Positions 39,617-47,551 of a DNA stretch of 47,551 nucleotides are shown here, piece after piece. The DNA is from an uncultured Polyangiales bacterium (GTDB taxonomy: Bacteria > Myxococcota_A > Polyangia > Polyangiales > DASUME01), in contig CAYNOM010000001.1 of the NCBI GenBank assembly GCA_964398415.1, positions 1 to 47,551 on the forward strand, written 5' to 3'. Both the position numbers and the translations under genes were made by a program. Position 1 is the first letter of the stretch; every line of letters starts with the position of its first letter. The notes beneath the pieces are model-generated. The model saw only the letters and a list, made by a program, of their open reading frames with translations, had not been told where the DNA came from and ran no database searches.

Positions 39617-40630
39617 TCATGCAATTTTTGGTGATGCAAGCGGCCCTATCGCAGCGCCTTCGACGAGGTGACAGGCCACCTCGTGCCCCTCTGCCACGGC
39701 CCGAGGGAGCGGTCGCTCCAGATCGCAGAGGCCCGCCTGGGCCTCGGGACAACGGGGATGAAAGGCGCAGCCAGTGGGGGGCGCAAGGGGGCTTGGAACG
39801 TCCCCGAGCAAGGGCAGCCTGCGCCGCTCGGCCCCGGGGGCGAGCACCGGGATCGCGCTGAGCAGGGCCCGCGTGTAAGGGTGCCGCGGGTTCTCGAAGA
39901 GGGCAGCCACGGGGGCGAGCTCGACGATGCGCCCGAGGTACATCACCGCCACCCGCTGGCTCATCAGCTCGATCACCCTCAGGTCGTGGGCCACGAACAG
40001 GTAGCTCAGGCCGAGCTCCTCGGAGAGGTCTTTCAGCAAGTTCACGATCTGAGCTTGAACCGACACGTCGAGGGCGCTGACGGGCTCGTCGCATACGATC
40101 AACCGCGGCGCTACGGCGAGCGCGCGCGCGATCCCGATGCGCTGCCTCTGCCCCCCGGAGAACTCATGGGGATAGCGCTCCATGTGCGCCTTGAGCAGGC
40201 CCACGCGATCGAGCAGCTCACCGACACGCTTGGTCTCGTCGGCCGCGTTGTTGTTGGCGAGGCCGTGCACGCGCAGCACCTCGGCGATGGCGTCGCGCAC
40301 CGTCATCCTCGGGTTGAGCGAGCTCTGGGGATCTTGAAACACGATCTGCATGTGGCGGCGCAGGGCGCGCAGCTCGTGCTTGCCGAGGGTCGTGATCTCC
40401 TGCCCCTCGAAGCGCACGCTGCCCGACGTGGGCTCGATCAAGCGCAGCACGGCCCGCCCCAGCGTGCTCTTGCCGCAGCCGCTCTCGCCCACGAGGCCGA
40501 GGGTCTCGCCCGCGGCCAAATCGAAGCTGACGTCGCTGACCGCGTGCACCTTGCGCGCGTCACGTCCGAAGGCCCCCGCGCGCACGTCGAACACCTTCGA
40601 CAGCCCGCGCACGCTCAACAGCGGTGTCAT
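39617..40630 (-). CDS. Opp/Dpp-type ABC transporter ATP-binding protein (OppF/DppF-like)
   Basis: ORF 39617..40660. The start at [12 protein letters not shown] forms an ATGA overlap with the upstream stop. It has Walker [10 protein letters not shown], the signature LSGGQRQR (as [12 protein letters not shown]) and Walker B LIVCDEP. The C-terminal oligopeptide-type extension contains GCAFHPRCP. Confidence 0.9.
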   Translation of the reverse strand: MTPLLSVRGLSKVFDVRAGAFGRDARKVHAVSDVSFDLAAGETLGLVGESGCGKSTLGRAVLRLIEPTSGSVRFEGQEITTLGKHELRALRRHMQIVFQDPQSSLNPRMTVRDAIAEVLRVHGLANNNAADETKRVGELLDRVGLLKAHMERYPHEFSGGQRQRIGIARALAVAPRLIVCDEPVSALDVSVQAQIVNLLKDLSEELGLSYLFVAHDLRVIELMSQRVAVMYLGRIVELAPVAALFENPRHPYTRALLSAIPVLAPGAERRRLPLLGDVPSPLAPPTGCAFHPRCPEAQAGLCDLERPLPRAVAEGHEVACHLVEGAAIGPLASPKIA

Positions 40631-41610
40631 CGCGTCTCCTTCGGCTCGACGAGGTGACACGCCGAGGCGCGGCCGCCTGAAAGCGTATGCAGGCGTGGCT
40701 CATCGCGTCGGCAACGCTCCAGCGCCTCGGCGCAGCGATCCTGAAAGCGGCAGCCGGGCGGAAGCTCGAGGAGATCGGGCACGACGCCCGCGATCGTGGG
40801 CAGGCGCTTCTTGCCGACGTTTTCGCCGTAGCCCGGCACGCTGCGCAGAAGCCCGCGGGTGTAGGGATGTTGGGGCGCGCTGAACAGCTGGCTGACGTTT
40901 GCACGCTCGGCCACCTTGCCCGCGTACATCACCACCACCTCGTGGGCGTGCTCTGCGACGACGCCGAGGTCGTGGGTGATGAGCAGCATGCTCATCCCGA
41001 GCTCGCGCTGCAGGCCCGACAAGAGCTCGAGGATCTGGGCCTGGATCGTGACGTCGAGGGCCGTCGTGGGCTCGTCGGCGATCAGGAGCTCGGGCTCGGC
41101 CGCGAGCGCTATCGCGATCATCACGCGCTGACGCATCCCTCCCGAGAGCTGGTGCGGATAGGCGTCGACGCGCTCGGCCGGTGCAGGGATCCCGACCCTA
41201 GAAAACAGCTCGATGGCACGGGCGCGCGCGGCCTTGTGCGACACCGTGTGATGGGCGCGCACGGCTTCCATCACCTGCATGCCCACCGTGAACACCGGGT
41301 TGAGCGACGTCATGGGCTCTTGGAAGATCATCGCCATGTGTCGTCCGCGCATGCCGCGCATCTCGCGTTCGGACAGCGCGAGCACGTCGCGTCCAGCAAA
41401 GCGAATGCTGCCCGCCTCGATGCGCGCAGGAGGCATGGCGAGCAGGCGCATGATGCTGAGCGAGGTGACGCTCTTGCCGCAACCGCTCTCGCCCACGAGG
41501 CCCACGGTCTTTCCCGCCTCGACCTCGAAGGATACGCCGTCGACGGCGCGAATGACGCCGCGATCGGTGTGAAAGGCGACGACCAGGTCGCGAACTTCGA
41601 GCAGTGCCAT
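40627..41610 (-). CDS. Opp/Dpp-type ABC transporter ATP-binding protein (OppD/DppD-like)
   Basis: ORF 40627..41628 with the likely start at [11 protein letters not shown]. It has Walker [20 protein letters not shown] and [12 protein letters not shown]. The C-terminal extension contains GCRFQDRC. Confidence 0.9.
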   Translation of the reverse strand: MALLEVRDLVVAFHTDRGVIRAVDGVSFEVEAGKTVGLVGESGCGKSVTSLSIMRLLAMPPARIEAGSIRFAGRDVLALSEREMRGMRGRHMAMIFQEPMTSLNPVFTVGMQVMEAVRAHHTVSHKAARARAIELFSRVGIPAPAERVDAYPHQLSGGMRQRVMIAIALAAEPELLIADEPTTALDVTIQAQILELLSGLQRELGMSMLLITHDLGVVAEHAHEVVVMYAGKVAERANVSQLFSAPQHPYTRGLLRSVPGYGENVGKKRLPTIAGVVPDLLELPPGCRFQDRCAEALERCRRDEPRLHTLSGGRASACHLVEPKETR

Positions 41611-41683
41611 GGACCCAGAACCTACCATCTCACAGACCAGGCCGAGGTCGCCGAACGCAGCGGGCCTGCGTCATCGCACGTCG

Positions 41684-42493
41684 TCAGTCCGCGCACGACA
41701 CCTCTTCGATCGCGAGCCCCCGGCGTGGCGTCTGCGCGAAGGCGCCTTCCGGGATAGCCACGTCGAGGTCGATGTCCGTGAAGCGCAGCATGGCGTCGGC
41801 CTTTCTTCGCAAGTCCTCGACGTGCACCACGAAGGGCATGAGCGCCTCGCCCACACGGCGATGGTCGTCGTAGCTCACGCGCCAGAGCGCCTTACCAGCG
41901 CGGTCGTAGCGCTGCAGGCGCACGAGCCTCAGGCGCTGCTCGCTGGGCAGCTTTGCGAGGTCGTCCTCGTGCACCTCGAGCTCGAGCACTTGCCGCTCGC
42001 CTCCTGGGGCAGTGCTCTCGAGCACGTAGCCGCCCTCCCCAGAGCACGCGAGCGACTCCCTGGCGGAAGCCACGCGGGGCGCATCGCCGAACAACACGCT
42101 CACCACGTCCGAAGCCGATAGCGCGACGCCGATCATGCGCGCGATGTTCGACGCGCAAGCAGGCCCCGTGAGGTAGCGGTTTTCCTTCATGTCGCTGAGC
42201 GCGAAGTGCTCGCCGTCACTGGTGAGGATCAGGGCCGGTCCGAACTGAGTGACGACGTCGAAGCGCACACGATCGGGGCGCTCCAGAAACATCATCACCC
42301 TGCCCTTCACGCGCCCGTCTCTACTGCGCTGATCGACACGCGCCTCTGCGCGCAGCGTGCGTGCGGTGCCCAGGTTTTGCGCGTGGCGCGCGAGGGCCTC
42401 GGACGGATCGACGAGCAGGTGCTTGGGGCAGGCCGCACCCCCGCACGCCGCGAGCGCGAGGCTCAGCGCGAGCACGCACGCGAGGCGCATCAT
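41684..42493 (-). CDS. lipoprotein, LolA/LolB-fold-like (DUF4292-like; function uncertain)
   Basis: 269-aa ORF. MMRLACVLALSLALAACGG has a lipobox. The central pattern LRAEARVDQRS.DGRVKGRVMMFLERPDRVRFDV resembles lipoprotein-sorting-fold proteins. Its start overlaps the upstream stop (ATGA). Confidence 0.6.
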   Translation of the reverse strand: MMRLACVLALSLALAACGGAACPKHLLVDPSEALARHAQNLGTARTLRAEARVDQRSRDGRVKGRVMMFLERPDRVRFDVVTQFGPALILTSDGEHFALSDMKENRYLTGPACASNIARMIGVALSASDVVSVLFGDAPRVASARESLACSGEGGYVLESTAPGGERQVLELEVHEDDLAKLPSEQRLRLVRLQRYDRAGKALWRVSYDDHRRVGEALMPFVVHVEDLRRKADAMLRFTDIDLDVAIPEGAFAQTPRRGLAIEEVSCAD

Positions 42494-44382
42494 CGGACGA
42501 TGCCCTCGATCACCTGCAAAGCCAGCTCGTAGCGACCGAAGGGTGGCATCACGTAGGCGCCGGCCACGCGGTCTTTCACGGACGCGAGCATCTCGCGCGC
42601 CACCGCCACGCCCTCGCGTCGCCCCGGCTCGCCCGAGCCCGCTTTGCGCATGCGCTCGCGGATGTGCTCGGGAATCTGCATGCCCGGCACCTCGTTGTGC
42701 AGGAACTCGGCATTGCGATAGCTCGCGAGCGGCAAGAGGCCGACGAGCCCTGGCATGCCGAGGGGCTCGATGTCGCGCAGCATGCGCTCGAGCACGGCCG
42801 AGTCGTAAACCGGCTGCGTCATCACGAGCTCCGCGCCCGCGTCACGCTTCTGCTTGAGGCGTTCGAGCTCGCGCTCGTAGTCGTGGGCGCCGGGCTCGGT
42901 GCCCGTGGCGCACAGAAAGCGTGTCGCGCCGCCGAGCGGCTTACCCCCAGGATCGAAGCCGTGATTCATGGCGCGGATCAAGCGCAAGAGCCCCACCGAG
43001 TCGGTGTCGTAGACCGCGGTCGCGTCGGGAAAGTCGCCCATCTTGGGCGGATCGCCTGTGATCACGACCAGGTTGTGCACGCCGAGCTCGTGCGCCGCGA
43101 GCAAGTAGGCCACCTGTCCAAGCAGGTTTCGGTCGCGCGCCGTGATGTGCATGAGCGCCGGCATGCCGAGCTGCTCTTGGACGCGCAAGCACAGGGCGAT
43201 GTTGCCCATGCGCGCCTGGGCTCGCGCACCGTCCGCCACGTTGATCACGTCGACGCCGCCCTCCTTCAGGATGCGCGCGCCCTCGAGCGCCGAGGCAAGC
43301 GAAAGACCAGGCGGAGGATTGACCTCCACCGAGACCACGAACTTGTGGCCGAGCTTCGCGCCAAGCTCACCCTTCTCCGCCAGCGTCAGCGCGCGCACCC
43401 CCGGTGCCGTCTCTTCTGCGCCACGCGGGGTCGGCTCGCGCATACCGCCGCCCGAGACCTCGACCGTGGTCGGATGACCGCCGACCATGCGCGCCGCGGC
43501 CACGATCTTGCGGATGTGCTCGGGTGTGGTGCCACAGCAGCCTCCCACCACCGCCACACCCGCCTTGAACAGGCGACGCGCGTAAAGCTGGAAGTACTCG
43601 GGCGTGGCCATGTAGGCGAGGCGCCCTTCGACCTGCTGCGGCATGCCCGCGTTCGGGATCGCCACGAGCGGCTTGTGGGGCGCCTGCATGCGCGTGACCA
43701 TCTCGTAGACGCCCGCAGGGCCGGCCGCGCAGTTCACGCCGATGGCGTCGGCCTGCCAGGAGGCGATCAGCTCGGCCACCTCCTCCGGGCCCTTGCCGTC
43801 CGCCGTCGTACCGTCCGCGTCGAAGGTGATGCAGGCGAGGATCGCCAGCTTGCCCTCGGTCACCTCGCGCGCCGCCTCGAGGGCGAGTCGCAGCTCCTCG
43901 GGCTCACGAAACGTCTCGAGGATCAACCCGTCGACGCCTTCGTCGAGCAGCGCCTGCGCTTGCTCGCGAAAGGCCTCCTTGACGTCGGCGAGCCACGCCT
44001 TCGGCAGCGTCTCGAGCACGAGCCCCGTGGGACCGATGTCTCCGATCACGAAGGCCTTGCCCTGCGCTGCTTCGCGCGCGATGCGCACCCCCGCGGCGTT
44101 GATCTCGCGCACCTTGCCTTCGAAGCCGTGACGCGCGAGGCGGAAGCGGTTGGCCCCGAAGGTGTTCGTCTCGAGGGCCTGGGCGCCCGCATCGACGAAG
44201 CCCTGGTGCACCTGACGAATCACGTCGGGTCGCGACAGATTCAGCTCATCGAAGCATTGCGAGTAGAGGTTGCCCTTCTCGTACAGGGCCGTCCCCATCG
44301 CCCCGTCGAACACGAGCCCGCCAGCCTCGAGCGCCGCACGAAAGGCCTCGGGCCGAGCAGCAAAGATGTCCACCATGGACAC
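42490..44382 (-). CDS. bifunctional homocysteine S-methyltransferase / 5,10-methylenetetrahydrofolate reductase-type protein
   Basis: 630-aa ORF. The N-terminal half has the Hcy-methyltransferase pattern: FDGAMGTALY, IRQVHQGFVDAGAQALETNTFGAN and GGCCGTTPEHI. The C-terminal half is MTHFR-like: SVEVNPP, ARDRN and VVITGDPPK. Confidence 0.85.
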   Translation of the reverse strand: MSMVDIFAARPEAFRAALEAGGLVFDGAMGTALYEKGNLYSQCFDELNLSRPDVIRQVHQGFVDAGAQALETNTFGANRFRLARHGFEGKVREINAAGVRIAREAAQGKAFVIGDIGPTGLVLETLPKAWLADVKEAFREQAQALLDEGVDGLILETFREPEELRLALEAAREVTEGKLAILACITFDADGTTADGKGPEEVAELIASWQADAIGVNCAAGPAGVYEMVTRMQAPHKPLVAIPNAGMPQQVEGRLAYMATPEYFQLYARRLFKAGVAVVGGCCGTTPEHIRKIVAAARMVGGHPTTVEVSGGGMREPTPRGAEETAPGVRALTLAEKGELGAKLGHKFVVSVEVNPPPGLSLASALEGARILKEGGVDVINVADGARAQARMGNIALCLRVQEQLGMPALMHITARDRNLLGQVAYLLAAHELGVHNLVVITGDPPKMGDFPDATAVYDTDSVGLLRLIRAMNHGFDPGGKPLGGATRFLCATGTEPGAHDYERELERLKQKRDAGAELVMTQPVYDSAVLERMLRDIEPLGMPGLVGLLPLASYRNAEFLHNEVPGMQIPEHIRERMRKAGSGEPGRREGVAVAREMLASVKDRVAGAYVMPPFGRYELALQVIEGIVR

Positions 44383-44429
44383 GCTGTACCCCGCGTGCCG
44401 CGATCACGCCAACGCGCAGCCAGGCGGAT

Positions 44430-45518
44430 TCAGGGTCCCGCGTCGGCGCCGCCGTTGCCAGCCCCGGCCTCGTCCACAGGCTCGCCGGGCGCAGGCGCAC
44501 CGGCCAAGATCCAAGCCGCCATCTGGCGCACACCACACTCGAGCTTGTTCTGGCCGAGGGGCATGGGCAGTCCGCACAAGTTGAAGTTGGCGAGGTCAGC
44601 GGCGCCCATCTTGGTGAGGATGTAGCTCTCCTCGGGCTTGCCCGGCACCACCGAGGCCGGCGCCGGCTGGTTTCTGCCACAGTTGTCGCTGCCGCCATCG
44701 CTGGTCGTCAGCGTCTCGTAGGCCGCCTCTTTGGTGTGCAGCAGATACTCCCCCGGGAAGCCGCCCGGCGCGTGGCAGCCGGTGACGCAGGACTGCTGGA
44801 TCACCTTCGTGTAGAGGTCGTCGAAGGTGATGGGATCGTCGCAGGCGTCGCCCCCGCCGCAGAGCGGCATCTGCTGGCCCACGGTTCCGGGGTTGCCCGC
44901 GGCGACCTTGGCCAGCGTGTTGACGGGCACGCTCTCGCTCGACACCTCGACCACCGGCGCGCCGCAAGCCAGCCAGTTACGCATGATCTCGCGCGTGCTC
45001 GCGTTGGCGAACGGCTCGAACGGCTCGCCCGCCTCGCAAGCCTGCCCGTTTGGGCTGCGCACGAGGACGGCTCCGAGCGAGGCCTTCCGATAGCTCGCAC
45101 CCACCCCATCGGGCGGCATCAGTGCGTCCTCGACCTGCTCCCAGATCTCGTCTCGCCAGTCGAACACCGAACGCTGATTCTGGCGCAGCCGCGACAGCTG
45201 GGCTCTGTCGACCCACACGCCCTCCGACTGCACGGCACCCTCGGCGTCGGCGGCGAGCACCGCGGCAGGCTCGACGTTGAAATCGAGGCCCTTGGGCACG
45301 CCCTGTCGCGCCTTTCCCGTGGCGCCGCTCGAGTGGCACTGGCCCGCCGCGCAGGAGCGATTCATCACCGCCTGCCCAGCGTAGAGCACCTGCCCGGAGC
45401 CCGCGACCACGAGCGTGCGTGCCTCGGTCTCGTCGCACGCACCCAAGCCTTCGCAGCCGGAGGAGAGAAGGAGCGCGGCGAGGCCGCACGAACCGATGAG
45501 AAACGGTCGAAATTGCAT
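44430..45518 (-). CDS. lipoprotein with CX4CH and CX3CH motifs (possible atypical c-type haem protein; hypothetical)
   Basis: ORF 44430..45704. The start at ATG 45518 (MQFRPFLIGSCGLAALLLSSGC, lipobox) was checked by hand. The motifs are SCAAGQCHS and SCVTGCHAPG. Confidence 0.6.
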   Translation of the reverse strand: MQFRPFLIGSCGLAALLLSSGCEGLGACDETEARTLVVAGSGQVLYAGQAVMNRSCAAGQCHSSGATGKARQGVPKGLDFNVEPAAVLAADAEGAVQSEGVWVDRAQLSRLRQNQRSVFDWRDEIWEQVEDALMPPDGVGASYRKASLGAVLVRSPNGQACEAGEPFEPFANASTREIMRNWLACGAPVVEVSSESVPVNTLAKVAAGNPGTVGQQMPLCGGGDACDDPITFDDLYTKVIQQSCVTGCHAPGGFPGEYLLHTKEAAYETLTTSDGGSDNCGRNQPAPASVVPGKPEESYILTKMGAADLANFNLCGLPMPLGQNKLECGVRQMAAWILAGAPAPGEPVDEAGAGNGGADAGP

Positions 45519-45609
45519 GGGTCCCGAGGAAGATGAAGCGGGTCTCGGGCAGAGGTCAAGGCTTCTTTGTGGCCGCTTCCGAGCGGATGCTATAAGCCGG
45601 CCACTCGAG

Positions 45610-46260
45610 ATGCCGACGAGCCCCCCCAAAACGAAGCGCGAGCGCAATCCCGAGGAGACGCGACGACGCATCCTCGATGCAGCCGAGGCCGAGTTCGCCC
45701 GCAAGGGCTACGACGGCACGCGCTTGCGCGACGTGGCACTCGCCGTGGGCGTGCACCACGCGCTGTTGCACCACTACTTCAAGGACAAAGAGGGCCTCTT
45801 TCGCGCGGTCGTCGAGCGCGCCATCGAGGGTGTGTCGTCGAAGGCCTTCGAGCTGCTCCGCACCACCGGCGACATTCGCGCGCTCACGGTGAGCTTCGTC
45901 GAAACGCTGGTGGCCTTCCTCGCCGAAAACCAGCATCTGGCCCTGATCCTGCACTTCGCGAGCCTCGACGAGGGCTCACCGGCCTACTCGGTGTGCGAGG
46001 AGATCGGTTTCAGGTTGGTCAAGCCCCTGCTCGATGCCACCTCCGAAGCGATCAAGGCGGGCCAAGCCGGCGGCGTGCTGCGCGACGACATCGACGCGCG
46101 CTCGATGGTGATCGCAGGGCTCGGCGCCGTCGCCTTCCCTTTTCATGCCGACAAGCTGATCAAGGGCGTGTTCGGCCTCGACCCGCGCGCCGATACGCAG
46201 GTCGAGCGCCACAAGCGCGCCGCCTCCGCGTTGATTCTGAAGGGCGTCCTGCGCGGCTGA
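45610..46260 (+). CDS. TetR-family transcriptional regulator
   Basis: ORF 45415..46260 with the likely start at ATG 45610 (MPTSPPKTKRERNPEETRRRILDAAEAEFARKGYDGTRLRDVALAVGVHHALLHHYFKDKEGLF), a TetR HTH signature. Confidence 0.9.
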   Translation: MPTSPPKTKRERNPEETRRRILDAAEAEFARKGYDGTRLRDVALAVGVHHALLHHYFKDKEGLFRAVVERAIEGVSSKAFELLRTTGDIRALTVSFVETLVAFLAENQHLALILHFASLDEGSPAYSVCEEIGFRLVKPLLDATSEAIKAGQAGGVLRDDIDARSMVIAGLGAVAFPFHADKLIKGVFGLDPRADTQVERHKRAASALILKGVLRG

Positions 46261-46269
46261 GCCGACAGC

Positions 46270-47070
46270 TCAGGCGGCCGGCGCAAACTGCGACAACGCG
46301 CCGCGCAGCTTGTCGCGCACGCGCACCTCGAGCTGGCGTACGCGCTCCTTGCTCACCCCAAGCTCCTTGCCGAGCTCCTCGAGCGTGCGCGGCTCCTCGC
46401 TCAGCAACCTGGCCTGCACGATGCGTCGCTCGCGCTTGTCGAGGCGCCTGAGGGCAAGCCGCACCGCGCTCTGCGCAACCTGGGCCTCGCGGCGCAGCAG
46501 AGCCACCTCCTCGGGCGTGGGCAGGTTGCTCGCGAGGCGCTCGACCACCAGCCCCCGCGCGTCGTCGTAGGTGGCGTCGAGGGAGGTGTCGCCGTGGGCG
46601 AGCAGCGGCCACAGCTTCTCGCAGCGCGCGATGGGCATACCGCTCTTTTCGGCCAGCTCGGCGGGATTCTCCACGCCCTCGCGGCGGAAGGTGCGCAGGG
46701 CGCGCCGCTCGGTGCGCGTGGTGCCGAGGCGCACGATGCGGTAGCTGCGAACGAGATAGTCGCGAATCTCTGCGCGAATCCAGTACACGGCGTAGGTGAT
46801 GAGCCGCACGTGCATGTCCGCATCGAACTTCTCCGCTGCGCGCAAGAGGCCGAGGTTTCCTTGCTGGACGAGATCCTCGAGCGGCACCCCCCAGCGGCGG
46901 TACTCGACTGCGATGCGAATCACGAAGGGCAGGCAGGCCTCGATCAGCTTCTCCCCGGCACGCCTGTCCCCCGCGCGATAGGCCCGAGCGAGCTCGCGCT
47001 CCGAGTCCGCAGCGAGCGGCGCGCGTCCCTTGAGCGACTCGATATACTCGTCCAGGCCGGAGCGGATCAT
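46270..47070 (-). CDS. RpoH-like (group 3) sigma-70-family RNA polymerase sigma factor
   Basis: ORF 46270..47256. The likely start is ATG 47070 (MIRSGLDEYI), with GGAGG about 6 nt upstream. Region 2 reads LVQQGNLGLLRAAEKFD...ITYAVYWIRAEI. An RpoH-box-like segment reads YRIVRLGTTRTERRAL. Region 4 HTH reads LEELGKELGVSKERVRQLE. Confidence 0.88.
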   Translation of the reverse strand: MIRSGLDEYIESLKGRAPLAADSERELARAYRAGDRRAGEKLIEACLPFVIRIAVEYRRWGVPLEDLVQQGNLGLLRAAEKFDADMHVRLITYAVYWIRAEIRDYLVRSYRIVRLGTTRTERRALRTFRREGVENPAELAEKSGMPIARCEKLWPLLAHGDTSLDATYDDARGLVVERLASNLPTPEEVALLRREAQVAQSAVRLALRRLDKRERRIVQARLLSEEPRTLEELGKELGVSKERVRQLEVRVRDKLRGALSQFAPAA

Positions 47071-47429
47071 GGGCACCTCCACGCCGCCCCGCAATGCAGC
47101 ATGCGTGCCCACCTGAAAAATCAAATGATCCCATCGGTGCGCAGGGCACCGCATCCCTGGTGCGCATGCGTGCCGCGGCAGAATGCCGCATGGCGACGCG
47201 CCCAAGCGGGCTAGTCGCTCCGAATCGCTAGAACCTCGTGGTGACGAACAGCTCACCGAACGGGTGCTCGGTGCGCCAGATCTTAGAAGTAAGCCCCGGA
47301 CGTGAAGGGCAAGCGGGCCCGGACCCGTCGCGGGGCCCCATGCTCATCGCGCGCACGAAAACGCCGAACAGGCGCTTTGCCCGCTCGGCGTCTGTCGTGC
47401 TGGTGGCGATTTAGGGTACGAAGACGGCC

Positions 47430-47551
47430 CTAGGTCGCTGCAGGCGCTTCGGCCAAAGGTGCAGCGTCGGAGCGAACTTCGAGACGGTAACGGCTATTCG
47501 CCGTTTGTAGGTAGTACACCTCGCGCCCCGCCAACCGCAAAATGCGCTTCA
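47430..47551 (-). CDS. possible 3' end of a gene entering from beyond the window (hypothetical)
   Basis: Hand translation of the minus strand gives ...KRILRLAGREVYYLQTANSRYRLEVRSDAAPLAEAPAAT, then TAG at 47432..47430. It covers only 39 codons. Third-position G/C is about 27 of 39, weaker than in neighbouring genes. Confidence 0.25.
   Translation of the reverse strand, partial: KRILRLAGREVYYLQTANSRYRLEVRSDAAPLAEAPAAT

Noticed and set aside
39668-44625. Plus-strand ORFs 39668..40657, 40687..41757 and 42361..44625 (754 aa).
   Set aside because: They are antisense to the two ABC ATPases and to the Hcy-methyltransferase/MTHFR gene. Their His/Arg/Asp/Leu-rich translations carry no recognisable domain.
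46160-47191. 343-aa minus-strand ORF overlapping the sigma-factor gene in another frame, plus the N-terminal extension 47071..47256 of the sigma ORF.
   Set aside because: It is Arg/Ala-rich with no domain. The sigma factor begins sensibly at ATG 47070, which has a GGAGG upstream.
1-47551. Search by eye for tRNA or rRNA genes, CRISPR arrays, transposase or integrase genes, phage genes and known defence systems.
   Set aside because: No intergenic region contains tRNA-like arms or regularly spaced repeats. No ORF shows DDE transposase, tyrosine or serine recombinase, or restriction, abortive-infection or CBASS-type signatures. The window looks like core or accessory chromosome rather than a mobile island.

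Overview
This 47.5 kb window is a high-GC (roughly 70% by eye) chromosomal segment with about 46 tightly packed protein-coding genes. Gene content suggests a myxobacterial (Myxococcota) genome: several chemosensory components, many lipoproteins, an RpoH-like sigma factor and PAS-GGDEF-EAL proteins. That taxonomic call is inference only. I found no rRNA, tRNA, CRISPR array, transposase or integrase by eye. Many long ORFs in the six-frame track are alternate-frame artefacts of the high GC content, and I rejected them.

Two regions stand out:
- **Region 20395-26465.** A five-gene plus-strand operon encodes a flavin monooxygenase, a stand-alone MprF-C-terminal-like (DUF2156) transferase, a SAM methyltransferase, an MMPL/RND exporter and an SRPBCC ligand-binding protein. 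It looks like an undescribed pathway that modifies and exports a lipid or small molecule.
- **Region 28390-37306.** A nine-gene minus-strand chemosensory operon reads cheY-cheA-cheW-cheW-HEAT-cheR-cheB-GAF-cheY. It encodes no methyl-accepting chemotaxis protein (MCP). A 683-aa HEAT-repeat protein sits where a receptor gene usually lies, and most junctions are 4-nt ATGA overlaps.

Other notable items:
- a translationally coupled tandem pair of PAS-GGDEF-EAL paralogues;
- an XRE regulator coupled to RNase D, downstream of aroA;
- an orphan OppD/OppF-type ATPase pair with no permease or binding-protein gene nearby;
- a lipoprotein with CX3CH and CX4CH motifs, divergent from a TetR gene;
- a LysR regulator with a T-N11-A dyad over its own start codon.

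All functional calls come from motif recognition in the translated ORFs. No database search was possible.
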